Origin: Candidatus Latescibacterota bacterium
Lineage (GTDB): Bacteria; Latescibacterota; UBA2968; UBA8231
Assembly: GCA_965217585.1 (NCBI GenBank)
Contig: OZ244561.1
Coordinates: 288,001-352,000, forward strand
Length of the DNA stretch: 64,000 nucleotides
Reading direction: 5' to 3'
In this document: piece by piece, positions 1-8,932 of the stretch
Position numbering within the stretch: position 1 is the first letter of the stretch
Layout: the number at the start of each line of letters is the position of its first letter
Position numbers and translations under genes: made by a program
The notes under the pieces: model-generated
Seen by the model: only the letters and a program-made list of their open reading frames with translations
Database searches by the model: none
Told to the model about the DNA's origin: nothing

Positions 1-2
1 CT

Positions 3-951
3 GGACGTGGGGGGAGACCCCGTACGGACATCTTTGCCGACTACTGGTTGGAATCAAGGATCGGGGCTTCTGTTAGCACTCGACGTGTATTTCGTATGTT
101 CCAAAAGCACGTGGACGAAGCCCAGGATAGCCTTAATATTTTAGGTCAAGATATTATTCAGGATGCGAAGTATTATCAGAAATTTGAACAATGGGATAGC
201 TACGAACAGACCTATGAAAGGCAGTTCCACAATCGCCGAATATCGCTAGGTGTTGGTGCTATATGGCCGCTATTACTGCATTTGCGGGGGATTGAATGCG
301 AACAGCGAAAACGAGCGTTCGCGATCTTAGAAAGTTATTTATTTCGGAGGTATATCTCCGGATATCAAGCGCGAAGCTATGATCAAGTCGCCTTGGACTT
401 GATTGGCAGGCTTAATAGCTTCCCGGCAGAGAACTGCGATGAAACTATATTCACAGTATTACAACACTATGAAGAAGGGGGAACATTCTGGCCGTCTGAT
501 AACGAGGTGAGGTTAGCGGTTCTAAACAGGAAGTTACCGCAGTATGTACAGAAAACAGTACTCCACAGCTATTGAAACACACCTGATACCTAATCGTGCT
601 GCAAATCCCACTGTATCTTGGGATGTGCAAGTTGAACACCTCATGCCCCTATCATGGGAAAATGAGCACTGGCAGTTAAGTCCACTTGAAGAAGTAGAGG
701 ATGTCACCGAGAGACGAAACAGCTTGATCCACACACTGGGTAATCTAACATTAGTCAATAGTAGCTTGAATGCTTCTATGAGCAATGGTCCTTGGCATCG
801 TAAGCAAGAAGCCATCAGAGAATCGGACAACCTCTTTATCAACAAGAAATTACTTGACGATGCATCTTATGTTTGGGATGAAGAACAGATTGTCAAACGA
901 GGTGAGTGGATGGCGGACATTATACTCAATATTTGGCCACGTAAGGCGTAA
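3..951 (+). pseudogene. 3' part of DUF262/DUF1524 (GmrSD-like) HNH restriction protein, split by a 1-nt frameshift
   Basis: Frame is open from the window edge (GRGGRPRTDIFADYWLESR...). C-terminal ORF has the DUF1524 motifs VEHLMPLSW and HTLGNLTLVNSSLNASMSN. Removing one C from CTCCACA (~561-567) joins ...QKTVL to TAIETHL... Noticeably AT-richer than the backbone. Confidence 0.75.
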
Positions 952-1102
952 CTACGACGATTATCGGGAGGCGAATGATTTCAGATTGCTGTGATCGAAA
1001 TCGCGTCGCAACTGGCTGATGGTGAGGTACTTGGAGGCTACCAAGACGAGATTGACCAAGCGCTGGGCATTGATTAGGCGACGAGTTTTTCCTTAAGGAC
1101 GG

Positions 1103-1699
1103 CTAGGACTCGCCCAAAATTTCCTGGAGCAACTCAGGATGCCGTCGCCGCAACTCCAGTAGCCTGCTGGCTGTTCCCACCGGCGTCAAGTGAGCAGAGC
1201 GCGGAATCTGCTGCTTCTCTTGTAGCATACCTCCGCGCTGCTCTACGTCCTGAATCGCGAGCGGTCGTTGGCCAAGGGAGTAGAAGAGTTCCGGTTCAAG
1301 CTGCACGAGGGCCGGAAGATCTCTGGGTTCAGCGCGCCCAATCGTAGTGCCGACGTACACGGCGACTTTCCCACCCGCGATAAATCCCGGATCGTTCCCT
1401 TCCCACACGACCTGTACTCCTTCGGGCACACTCTGCGGAAGGAGCGGTGACACCGCACCGGTTGGATCTAGCGAGAACGGACGAGTCGATCTCGCAAAGG
1501 CGACCTTGCAACCGATTTCTTCCAATGCCTCTCTAGACAGGGCATCCTCGATGGTCTCGCCCTCCTCGACAATACCACCGATGCAGCCCATGCCAATCAT
1601 CAAGATTCCGTTTCGCTGACGCCTCCATTTCGCCGGCTTCTGGAGTTCAAAGAGAAATCTATTCTCTACTCTTAAAAGGATTGCAACGCCAATGATCAA
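1103..1699 (-). CDS. NUDIX hydrolase
   Basis: Nudix box GGIVEEGETIEDALSREALEEIG. Confidence 0.85.
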   Translation of the reverse strand: MIIGVAILLRVENRFLFELQKPAKWRRQRNGILMIGMGCIGGIVEEGETIEDALSREALEEIGCKVAFARSTRPFSLDPTGAVSPLLPQSVPEGVQVVWEGNDPGFIAGGKVAVYVGTTIGRAEPRDLPALVQLEPELFYSLGQRPLAIQDVEQRGGMLQEKQQIPRSAHLTPVGTASRLLELRRRHPELLQEILGES

Positions 1700-1709
1700 A
1701 GCTATAAAC

Positions 1710-2375
1710 TCACGCGAGGTTGCCTATTGTGCTCGGCAACTCGTCGAGATCGTCAACAACCGCATCGACAATCTCAGGTGCCTTCCAGTACTCATCTCGC
1801 TTCCAAATCGCTTTCATTCCGTAGGACTTGGCACCCCGAATATCGGCTTCTGAGTTGTCGCCAATCATGACAGTCTGATCTGGCGAGACGCCTAGGTTGT
1901 CGGTCGCCCGACGGAAGATTTCCGCATCCGGTTTGGCGACCCCTTCGGCTTCCGAGATCAACATGGTGTCGAAATAGCGAGCGATCCCCAAACCATCAAT
2001 CTTCGGCTGCTGTGAATCAATTGCCCCGTTCGTGACGAGCCCCATCTTTAGTCCTAGTTGCCTGAGTATGGTAAGCGTCTGATGGGCTTTGGGAAACGGA
2101 ACGCATATATGGGGAAAGTAGGTCAGGAAATCATCCAGCAACCTCTGCCAAGTGCCAGGCGAGAGAGCGAAATCGCGTTCAATGCGCCTAAACAGCTCCT
2201 CCTTATCGGCGTGGCCATGGGCGTCCAACTCAATTACTCGCTCCATGTATTCGCCAAATGGGAGAGTGTGCAGGTCATTGGCCAATCGTTCGACCTGACC
2301 GTACAGATATACTCTAAGGCAGCTAAGCCGATCCAGCAGGGTTCCGTCAAGATCGAAGAGCACTGCTTGTAACAT
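1710..2375 (-). CDS. HAD-superfamily hydrolase
   Basis: Motifs FDLDGTL, VTNG, KPD, IGDNSEADI. Confidence 0.92.
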   Translation of the reverse strand: MLQAVLFDLDGTLLDRLSCLRVYLYGQVERLANDLHTLPFGEYMERVIELDAHGHADKEELFRRIERDFALSPGTWQRLLDDFLTYFPHICVPFPKAHQTLTILRQLGLKMGLVTNGAIDSQQPKIDGLGIARYFDTMLISEAEGVAKPDAEIFRRATDNLGVSPDQTVMIGDNSEADIRGAKSYGMKAIWKRDEYWKAPEIVDAVVDDLDELPSTIGNLA

Positions 2376-2475
2376 TAGTACCTAGCTTCTGTGAATCAGA
2401 GATTAGATCGCCGTCGCCAAAACCCACCATCAACACATATTCACCGATTCGCAGCCAACTGCCATCGTGGATGCG

Positions 2476-3369
2476 TTAAAGCGCGCCCAAAGTCTCTAGG
2501 CGTTTGCGTACTTCGGCCTGCACAGGTGCCGTCAGTTCCACCAGCGGCAGACGGATACCAACGTCGATCTTGCCCATGGCGTTGAGCGCCCATTTGGTCG
2601 GGATGGGACTCGTCTCCATGAACAGGGCCTCGTGAATCGGCTGTAGCTTGGCATCCAACTCGCGAGCCTTGTCGTCGTCGCCGTCGACGAATGCTTGGCA
2701 GAACTCAACCATGGCCGCCGGCAAGACGTTGGCAGTCACCGAAATCGCCCCAACGGCGCCGTACCCTGCCATAGTGAACGTCTGCGCGTCCTCGCCGGAC
2801 AGCAGGACGAAGTCGTCCGGCACCAGCGCCTTGATCTCGGCGACGCGGTTAGGGGCGCCACACGCCTCCTTAATGCCGACGATCGAATCGACAGCAGACA
2901 ACCGAGCTACGGTCGCAGCCTGCATGTCGCACGCCGTGCGCGGCGGCACATTGTAGAGAACCATCGGCAGGTCCACGGCCTCAGCAATGGCGCAATAGTG
3001 ACGGTAAAGGCCCTCCTGAGTCGGCTTGTTGTAGTACGGCGTAACCGATAGACAATAGTCAGCACCGTCGCCCTGCGCGGCCCGAGTAAACTCGATGGCC
3101 TCGGCCGTCGCGTTGGCACCAGTGCCTGCGACCACCGGCACTCGGCCATCCACCCGGCGCACCACGGCTTCGATCACTTGTTTTTGTTCGGCGTGAGTTA
3201 GCGTAGCCGATTCGCCAGTAGTCCCCACCGGCACAATACCGTGCGTTCCGGACTCCAAGTGCCAATCCACCAAGCCGTCCAGCGCCGCCCAGTCGATGGC
3301 ACCCGATGCCGTCATCGGCGTCACCAAGGCGACCAAGCTGCCCCTCAAATCATCTGTTACTTGCGACAT
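2476..3369 (-). CDS. dapA: 4-hydroxy-tetrahydrodipicolinate synthase
   Basis: Motifs GTTGES, TPYYNKPTQEG, LYNVPPRT, GIKEA, IRLPL. Confidence 0.95.
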   Translation of the reverse strand: MSQVTDDLRGSLVALVTPMTASGAIDWAALDGLVDWHLESGTHGIVPVGTTGESATLTHAEQKQVIEAVVRRVDGRVPVVAGTGANATAEAIEFTRAAQGDGADYCLSVTPYYNKPTQEGLYRHYCAIAEAVDLPMVLYNVPPRTACDMQAATVARLSAVDSIVGIKEACGAPNRVAEIKALVPDDFVLLSGEDAQTFTMAGYGAVGAISVTANVLPAAMVEFCQAFVDGDDDKARELDAKLQPIHEALFMETSPIPTKWALNAMGKIDVGIRLPLVELTAPVQAEVRKRLETLGAL

Positions 3370-3512
3370 GATACCCCCCGCGAGATAAAGAAAAATGGAG
3401 GGTGTGAATGAAAGGTACTATCGTAGGGTGTCAAGGAGACGATGCCCGCAATCGGCCTCGTCCCAGCGAACGTGGGCAAATCCGGCGAGCGGTTGGGCGC
3501 AAGTCTTGTATA

Positions 3513-3875
3513 TCAGCGAATTCTGATTCTGTCTGGTTCTACGAGAATCAGTTTGCCAGTAAGGTCGGATCCTTCCTGGCTTGCAAGGAAATCGAGGAGA
3601 CGGGACATGATGTGCGGGATGAGTATCGGGCGATTTTTGACCTGTAGTCCAATGATTCCACGGTAGTTGCTCGGTGGAAAGCGCACTATGTCTGCGAAAT
3701 CTCCATCGAGCGATATCAGTACCGCTTCAAGCCTCCCGGCTTCATCAATGACAACCTCATCGGACGATGCAGTCGGAAGGTGATCCTTTAACACAAGCAC
3801 CTCGTAGCCTGCTTGTTGTAGATCGTTTACGACTACCGTCGGCACGCAATGGTCGGCAAAGAAAATGGCCGCCAT
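3513..3875 (-). CDS. DUF5615 PIN-like toxin
   Basis: FFADHCVP...SDEVV...LISLDGDF; stop/start-coupled to the upstream DUF433 gene. Confidence 0.85.
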   Translation of the reverse strand: MAAIFFADHCVPTVVVNDLQQAGYEVLVLKDHLPTASSDEVVIDEAGRLEAVLISLDGDFADIVRFPPSNYRGIIGLQVKNRPILIPHIMSRLLDFLASQEGSDLTGKLILVEPDRIRIR

Positions 3876-4105
3876 CAGGCCGCTACTTCAAAATCCGCCA
3901 ATTCACGGGCATAATCCAAGCAGGCGGCGATGCTCTCGGTCGTCAGATCTGGAAATTCGGCTTTTATCTCGTCGGCGGAATAACCATCCGCCAAGTAACC
4001 GAGCACCAGAGCCACAGGGATTCGTGTATTCTTGATACGCGGTTTCCCGCGCAGCACGTCCGAAGTGCTCTCAATGTAGTCTTTCCACGCCGTATGCATT
4101 ATCAT
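3875..4105 (-). CDS. DUF433 antitoxin
   Basis: GKPRIKNTRIPV...FPDLT...ACLDYA; RBS GGAGG. Confidence 0.9.
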   Translation of the reverse strand: MIMHTAWKDYIESTSDVLRGKPRIKNTRIPVALVLGYLADGYSADEIKAEFPDLTTESIAACLDYARELADFEVAA

Positions 4106-4150
4106 GAGCCTCCTATAACAGCTTGCAGATTACCGTTTCGTCCTAATATA

Positions 4151-4836
4151 TCATCTAGACCCGCCAGTTGTATAATCGAAGAAGGCCAAGCCTCTATCTG
4201 AGATCCTGGCCTCACTCCTCTTCAGCGTCCCCAAGCGGATGCAGATCAATCGGCGTCAGAATCCCATAGAAACCGTATTTGATGCCCTGTCGATCCCCTT
4301 TCCCCGGAGGAAAGTACTCTTCTATAAGCGCCAATAATCGACGACCAAATTCGGCTGCCTGTTCTTCAGATAGTCGCGCGCGGTTGTGATTGACTGACAT
4401 CTGGAATCTCGAACCATATAAGCCCTCGGCAGCTTCGCGAGATGCTTGATTGAACTGGCTAACAACATCCGCTGGTATGGCCTCCGCAATTTGGTCATTC
4501 GCCGAACGGGTCTCTCGAACGCGAACTTTGCCTACCGCTGGCAAACAACGCCATTCTTGGGGATCGGCTCCATCTTCTGCCAAACGTACGACACCTGTTT
4601 GCGCCAGTCGTTGCAAGTGGTACAGCACCCGAGCATCGGTAACGTCCAACGTCTGCGAAATTTCCGCAACCGACTTCCCTTCTCCTAGGATTTCGAGAAT
4701 GCGCCAACGAAGCGGATCGGCGAGTACGTTCGCACGATCATCTTCGATAACGAGTACCGCGTCCTTTAAGGAGTTGGTCGGAAAGGTCAATTCACGCCAC
4801 GTACTCATTCAGACTCTCCAGTGTATAATCGAGGAA
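4151..4836. repeat. Imperfect 33-bp direct repeat (4151-4183 / 4805-4836) bracketing the wHTH gene
   Basis: TCATCTAGACCCGCCAGTTGTATAATCGAAGAA vs TCATTCAGACTCTCCAGT-GTATAATCGAGGAA, 27/33 identical. The second copy is the leader, RBS and ATG of the wHTH gene. Confidence 0.7.
4212..4808 (-). CDS. ArsR-like winged-helix regulator
   Basis: LADPLRWRILEIL...SVAEISQTL...VLYHLQRL. Confidence 0.8.
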   Translation of the reverse strand: MSTWRELTFPTNSLKDAVLVIEDDRANVLADPLRWRILEILGEGKSVAEISQTLDVTDARVLYHLQRLAQTGVVRLAEDGADPQEWRCLPAVGKVRVRETRSANDQIAEAIPADVVSQFNQASREAAEGLYGSRFQMSVNHNRARLSEEQAAEFGRRLLALIEEYFPPGKGDRQGIKYGFYGILTPIDLHPLGDAEEE

Positions 4837-4880
4837 TCCCCTATACCTGACATAGACGACGCGAGCTTCGACCTACTCAT

Positions 4881-5627
4881 TCAGGCATCCTTGGCTGGTG
4901 TGAAAGCCAACAGGATCGTGTCGGCAAACATGCGCCAGACGACAGCCACTTCATCAAACCCGGCCTCGATCATGGCGTCGATCATGTTCTCTGCGCTGTG
5001 TTCGTACTCGATATCCTGCCCAGCGGCCTTCATCGCTCGCTTGTACTCCACCCTAGCATCAATCTCTTGCTGAGTAGCTATCCCTGAAGCAACTGCGTCT
5101 TGGAGATGACGCTGGCGGAAGCGCGACGACTGCCGCCGAACACTTGCTCCCCAGTGAGGTCCGACCGACATCGCATCGTACAGGATGAAGCAACCACCCG
5201 GCCGGAGTGCGTCCTCGATCCGGGCAAAAAGTTCGGGTAGATCGGCCGGAGGAACGTGGTGAATGGTCTTGGCCGAGAAAACCACGTCACACTGCTGGAT
5301 ATCACAACCAATTATGTTCGCTTCCCGTACCTCGATCCGATCCGAATATAACGTCAGTTTCCGCCCAGCGAGCGCAAGCATCTCCGGTTCGCTGTCTATG
5401 CAGGTGCCGGTAGCGCGGCGGAAGTGTTCCAACACGCGCGCAGTTGGCTCCGCCGTACCACAGCCGAGTTCCACAAACTCGAATGAATCATCGGGATCGA
5501 AGGGAATCAGATCCACAATCATGTCCAAGCCTCTACTGTAAGGTGGACTTAAGACGGGCTGGAGCCGATCATACGAATCCGCAATCGTTGCGAAGTAACT
5601 GCGCCATTCAGGTAAAGATGAATCCAT
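4881..5627 (-). CDS. Class I SAM-dependent methyltransferase
   Basis: ELGCGTA, IDSEPEML, TIHH, LRPGGCF. Confidence 0.88.
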   Translation of the reverse strand: MDSSLPEWRSYFATIADSYDRLQPVLSPPYSRGLDMIVDLIPFDPDDSFEFVELGCGTAEPTARVLEHFRRATGTCIDSEPEMLALAGRKLTLYSDRIEVREANIIGCDIQQCDVVFSAKTIHHVPPADLPELFARIEDALRPGGCFILYDAMSVGPHWGASVRRQSSRFRQRHLQDAVASGIATQQEIDARVEYKRAMKAAGQDIEYEHSAENMIDAMIEAGFDEVAVVWRMFADTILLAFTPAKDA

Positions 5628-5684
5628 TTCTACTCCATCTGATGAGATTAATTCTGATTCCAGATGTCGAGTCTAAACCACTGC

Positions 5685-6548
5685 CTAGATCCCGACGCCG
5701 AACTTCTCCTCAAACGCCACCCAAATTTCAGCGGGCACTTCCTGAGTCGCCGCGTCGTACGCGTCCTGAAGCTGGTGGCGGTCGGCTGGGCCGCTCATGA
5801 CGATGCCATCGATGGGTGCGTCGAGACAGAACTGCATGGCCAAGTGCTTGATGTCCACGTCTTGCCCTTGGCACCACTGCCACATGGCGTGAGCACGCGA
5901 CTCGGCGGCCCGATCCGGCTCGATACCGGTCAAGCGACCCATGCCGAAGACACTGGCTAAGATCAGGCCGGTGCCGTGCTTTTTGGCCAAGCGCATGGTG
6001 GTGCGGGCGACGGATTGATCAAGGAGCGTGTAGTCGAGGAATGTGAGGACGATCTCGGCGTGGCCGGCCTCGATGGCGGCGCGGTGAAATTCGTGCTCGC
6101 GAACCCCCAAACCAATGTGCCGCACCAAGCCCTCTTCCTTCATTTTTTGCAGCTCGTCAAAGGCGCGACCGGGGCCTAACGGGTCGGCAATATTGGGTGG
6201 GTCGTGGACCAGCACGGCGTCGAGGTAATCGACGCGGAGCGATTGCAGGCTTTGTTCGACGCTCCAGCGCGTGGTCTCCGCCGAAAAGTCCTTGGGGCGC
6301 TCGGGGTGCGGGCCAACTTTGGCCTGCATGTAATAACTCGACCGCTCGACGCCGGCTAGCGCCTTGCCCCAGCGATCCTCGTTGCGGCCAGCATAGCTAT
6401 CGAAATAGTCGATGCCTAGATCGAGGGCGCGTTCGATGGTGGCGATGGTCTCGGCCTCGCCGGCCGCACCGACGAAGGCTGCACCCATGCCGAGTGCCCG
6501 GGGCTGCATGCCGGTGCGGCCCATGTTGCGGCGCGGTAGCTTGCTCAT
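5685..6548 (-). CDS. Aldo/keto reductase
   Basis: GIDYFDSY, SLQSLRVDYLD, GLVRHIG. Confidence 0.88.
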   Translation of the reverse strand: MSKLPRRNMGRTGMQPRALGMGAAFVGAAGEAETIATIERALDLGIDYFDSYAGRNEDRWGKALAGVERSSYYMQAKVGPHPERPKDFSAETTRWSVEQSLQSLRVDYLDAVLVHDPPNIADPLGPGRAFDELQKMKEEGLVRHIGLGVREHEFHRAAIEAGHAEIVLTFLDYTLLDQSVARTTMRLAKKHGTGLILASVFGMGRLTGIEPDRAAESRAHAMWQWCQGQDVDIKHLAMQFCLDAPIDGIVMSGPADRHQLQDAYDAATQEVPAEIWVAFEEKFGVGI

Positions 6549-6552
6549 GGAT

Positions 6553-6999
6553 TTAACTCCCTTTTATCTCGTATAACTCGATTTCAAAAATTAAGGTCGC
6601 GCAAGGGGGGACGCTGCCTGGCTTGCCCTTTTTGCCGTAGGCCAGTTCCGGCGGGATCACCAGCCGCGCCTGGCCGCCGCCCTTCATCATCTGCAGGCCC
6701 TCGGTCCAGCCGGGGATGACCCTTTTGAGCGAGAGCGTGCTGGGGTGGCCTCGTTCGTACGAGCTGTCGAAGACCTTGCCGTCGGCAAACATGCCCTTAT
6801 AGTGGACAGTGACGCGATCTTTAGGCCCTGGCTTGGGGCCGTAGCCCCCTTTTAGCTGCTGATAGATGAGGCCGGATTCGGTGCGCACGGCTCCTTCTTT
6901 GGCGGCCTCGCCGTCGAGAAAGGCTTGGTCGATGGATTCGGCGCAGGGGTCGGAGCAGGCGGCGAGCGCCAATAGGACGAAGGGGAGTAAGGGGTTCAT
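6553..6999 (-). CDS. FKBP-type peptidyl-prolyl isomerase lipoprotein
   Basis: Lipobox LAAC; VHYKG, FDSS, VIPGWTEG, IPPELAYG; start placed at ATG 6999. Confidence 0.92.
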   Translation of the reverse strand: MNPLLPFVLLALAACSDPCAESIDQAFLDGEAAKEGAVRTESGLIYQQLKGGYGPKPGPKDRVTVHYKGMFADGKVFDSSYERGHPSTLSLKRVIPGWTEGLQMMKGGGQARLVIPPELAYGKKGKPGSVPPCATLIFEIELYEIKGS

Positions 7000-7171
7000 G
7001 GCGGGACCTCGGGGAGTGAGGGTGGGCAAGGTATACCTTCCATATTAGCGCACGCGGCCCGCTCGCTCAAGGGACGGCGCGGGAGCGGATATGGACAACG
7101 GAGAACTCCGCGCGTTATGTTACCTAAACGTTGTACAACTTACGTCTCGCACGGAGGATAATACGGCGAAT

Positions 7172-8929
7172 ATGGGAAAACGGTCTAAGGCACTCGTTTG
7201 GCGCTTGGCACTCTTATGCGGCGTAGTACTGATAGCCTGTACCAGCGAACAGACGCCGGACGGTTTGCAGCAAGTGCCGCGCAACCGCACGCTGATCGTC
7301 GATTGCGCCGAGAACAACACCTGCGGCGGCCAGATCCAAGACTACAACACCTTCAACCCCTTCGTGCCGGGCGGAATCTCGCGGATCGGCTATCAGTTCC
7401 TCTACGAGCCGCTCTACTTCTTCAATGGCTACAAAGCCGACGCCGAACCGCTGCCGTGGATCGCCACCGGACACCGATTCAACGCGGACTACACTGAAGT
7501 CGTGGTGGATATCCGCCCAGGCGTGGAGTGGAGCGACGGGCAGCCGTGGACGGCGCACGACTTTGTCTTTACGGTCAATATGCTCAAAGAACACGCGCCG
7601 CAACTGGTGTTCTCGACCGATATGGAAACTTGGGTCCAAGAGGCGGTAGCGCTCGACAGCCTGACGGCAAAGATCGTCCTCAAATCGCCTAACCCGCGCT
7701 TTCTCTTCAGTTATTTCACCCACAACCACGGCAACGGAGTGCCGATCGTCCCCAAACACATCTGGGAGCGGCAAGATCCCTTGCGCTTTGCCAATTACGA
7801 TCTGGCCAGCGGTTGGCCGGTGGTCACGGGGCCGTATCGCATTGCGCTGTCGGAGCCAGCACAGCGGATCTGGGATCTGCGCCCGGACTGGTGGGCGGCC
7901 AAGATCGGCTTCCACGCGCTGCCGCAGGTCGAGCGCTTGATCTTTCTGCCCTATATGGAAGAGCACCAGCGAGTGCAGAACCTGCTGGCCAACAAGCTCG
8001 ACACCTGTTTGGAACTCCGACCTTCCAACATCATTACCCTGCTCGAACAACACGACAAAATGAGCACCTGGACGGGGCGGGAGCCGCCCTATAGCTACAT
8101 GACGCCGTGGGCGATCACCCTGGGCTTTAACAATATGGAAGCCCCTTTCGACGACCCCGAGATCCGGCGGGCGATCAACTTTGCCATCAACCGCGAACAA
8201 CTGGTCGAGATCGGCTGGCAGAACTCGGGCGACTACGCGCTGTTGCCGCTGCCGGACGTGCCGCAGATGCAGCCCTATTTCGCGACGGCGGCGGATCTAG
8301 TGGCCCGATACGAGATCGGCGTCCACGACACTGCGCGCACCGCGACGATCATGGCAAGCAAGGGGTGGATGCGGGGGCCGGATGGATTCTGGGAGAAGGA
8401 CGGCGAGACATTTTCGCTCGTCATCGACATCTTCGCGCATTTCCAGGACCTGACGCCGATTTTGGTCGCCCAACTCCAAGCGGCGGGCTTCGACGCCTCG
8501 TTCCGCATGACCTCGGACTACATTTCGCGGATGGCCCAGGGCGAGGCGCGCGCTTTTATGTTTGGCAACCTGAGCTCAATGCGCGATCCCTACCAAGTGC
8601 TGAGCCACTACCACAGCCGTTTCGCCAAGCCGACGGGCGAGACTGCCGAGCACTACTGGCGCTGGCAAAACGCCGAGTTCGACGCGCTAGTGGACCGCAT
8701 GGCGCAGACGCCCAACGACGATCCCGCGATGATGGCGATTTACCGGCAGGCAATGGCGATCTGGCTCGCAGAACTGCCGGCGATTCCAATTGTGCAGTGG
8801 CCGCACCGGATCCCAGTCAACGAGACGTACTGGACGGGGTGGCCTTCGGCGGAAGATCCTTATATGAACACTTCGTACTGGGCGCGGTCTTGGCTGCTGG
8901 TATTGCTCAATTTGCGCCCGGTCGGCTAA
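7172..8929 (+). CDS. ABC transporter substrate-binding lipoprotein, family 5
   Basis: Lipobox LIAC; WSDGQPWTAHD, TGPY, PFDDPEIRRAINFAINR; GGAGG upstream. Confidence 0.9.
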   Translation: MGKRSKALVWRLALLCGVVLIACTSEQTPDGLQQVPRNRTLIVDCAENNTCGGQIQDYNTFNPFVPGGISRIGYQFLYEPLYFFNGYKADAEPLPWIATGHRFNADYTEVVVDIRPGVEWSDGQPWTAHDFVFTVNMLKEHAPQLVFSTDMETWVQEAVALDSLTAKIVLKSPNPRFLFSYFTHNHGNGVPIVPKHIWERQDPLRFANYDLASGWPVVTGPYRIALSEPAQRIWDLRPDWWAAKIGFHALPQVERLIFLPYMEEHQRVQNLLANKLDTCLELRPSNIITLLEQHDKMSTWTGREPPYSYMTPWAITLGFNNMEAPFDDPEIRRAINFAINREQLVEIGWQNSGDYALLPLPDVPQMQPYFATAADLVARYEIGVHDTARTATIMASKGWMRGPDGFWEKDGETFSLVIDIFAHFQDLTPILVAQLQAAGFDASFRMTSDYISRMAQGEARAFMFGNLSSMRDPYQVLSHYHSRFAKPTGETAEHYWRWQNAEFDALVDRMAQTPNDDPAMMAIYRQAMAIWLAELPAIPIVQWPHRIPVNETYWTGWPSAEDPYMNTSYWARSWLLVLLNLRPVG

Positions 8930-8932
8930 GCT

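Noticed and set aside
951-5685. Integron cassette array (small co-oriented genes plus a TA pair)
   Set aside because: No RYYYAAC...GTTRRRY attC structures could be found in the spacers, and there is no intI.
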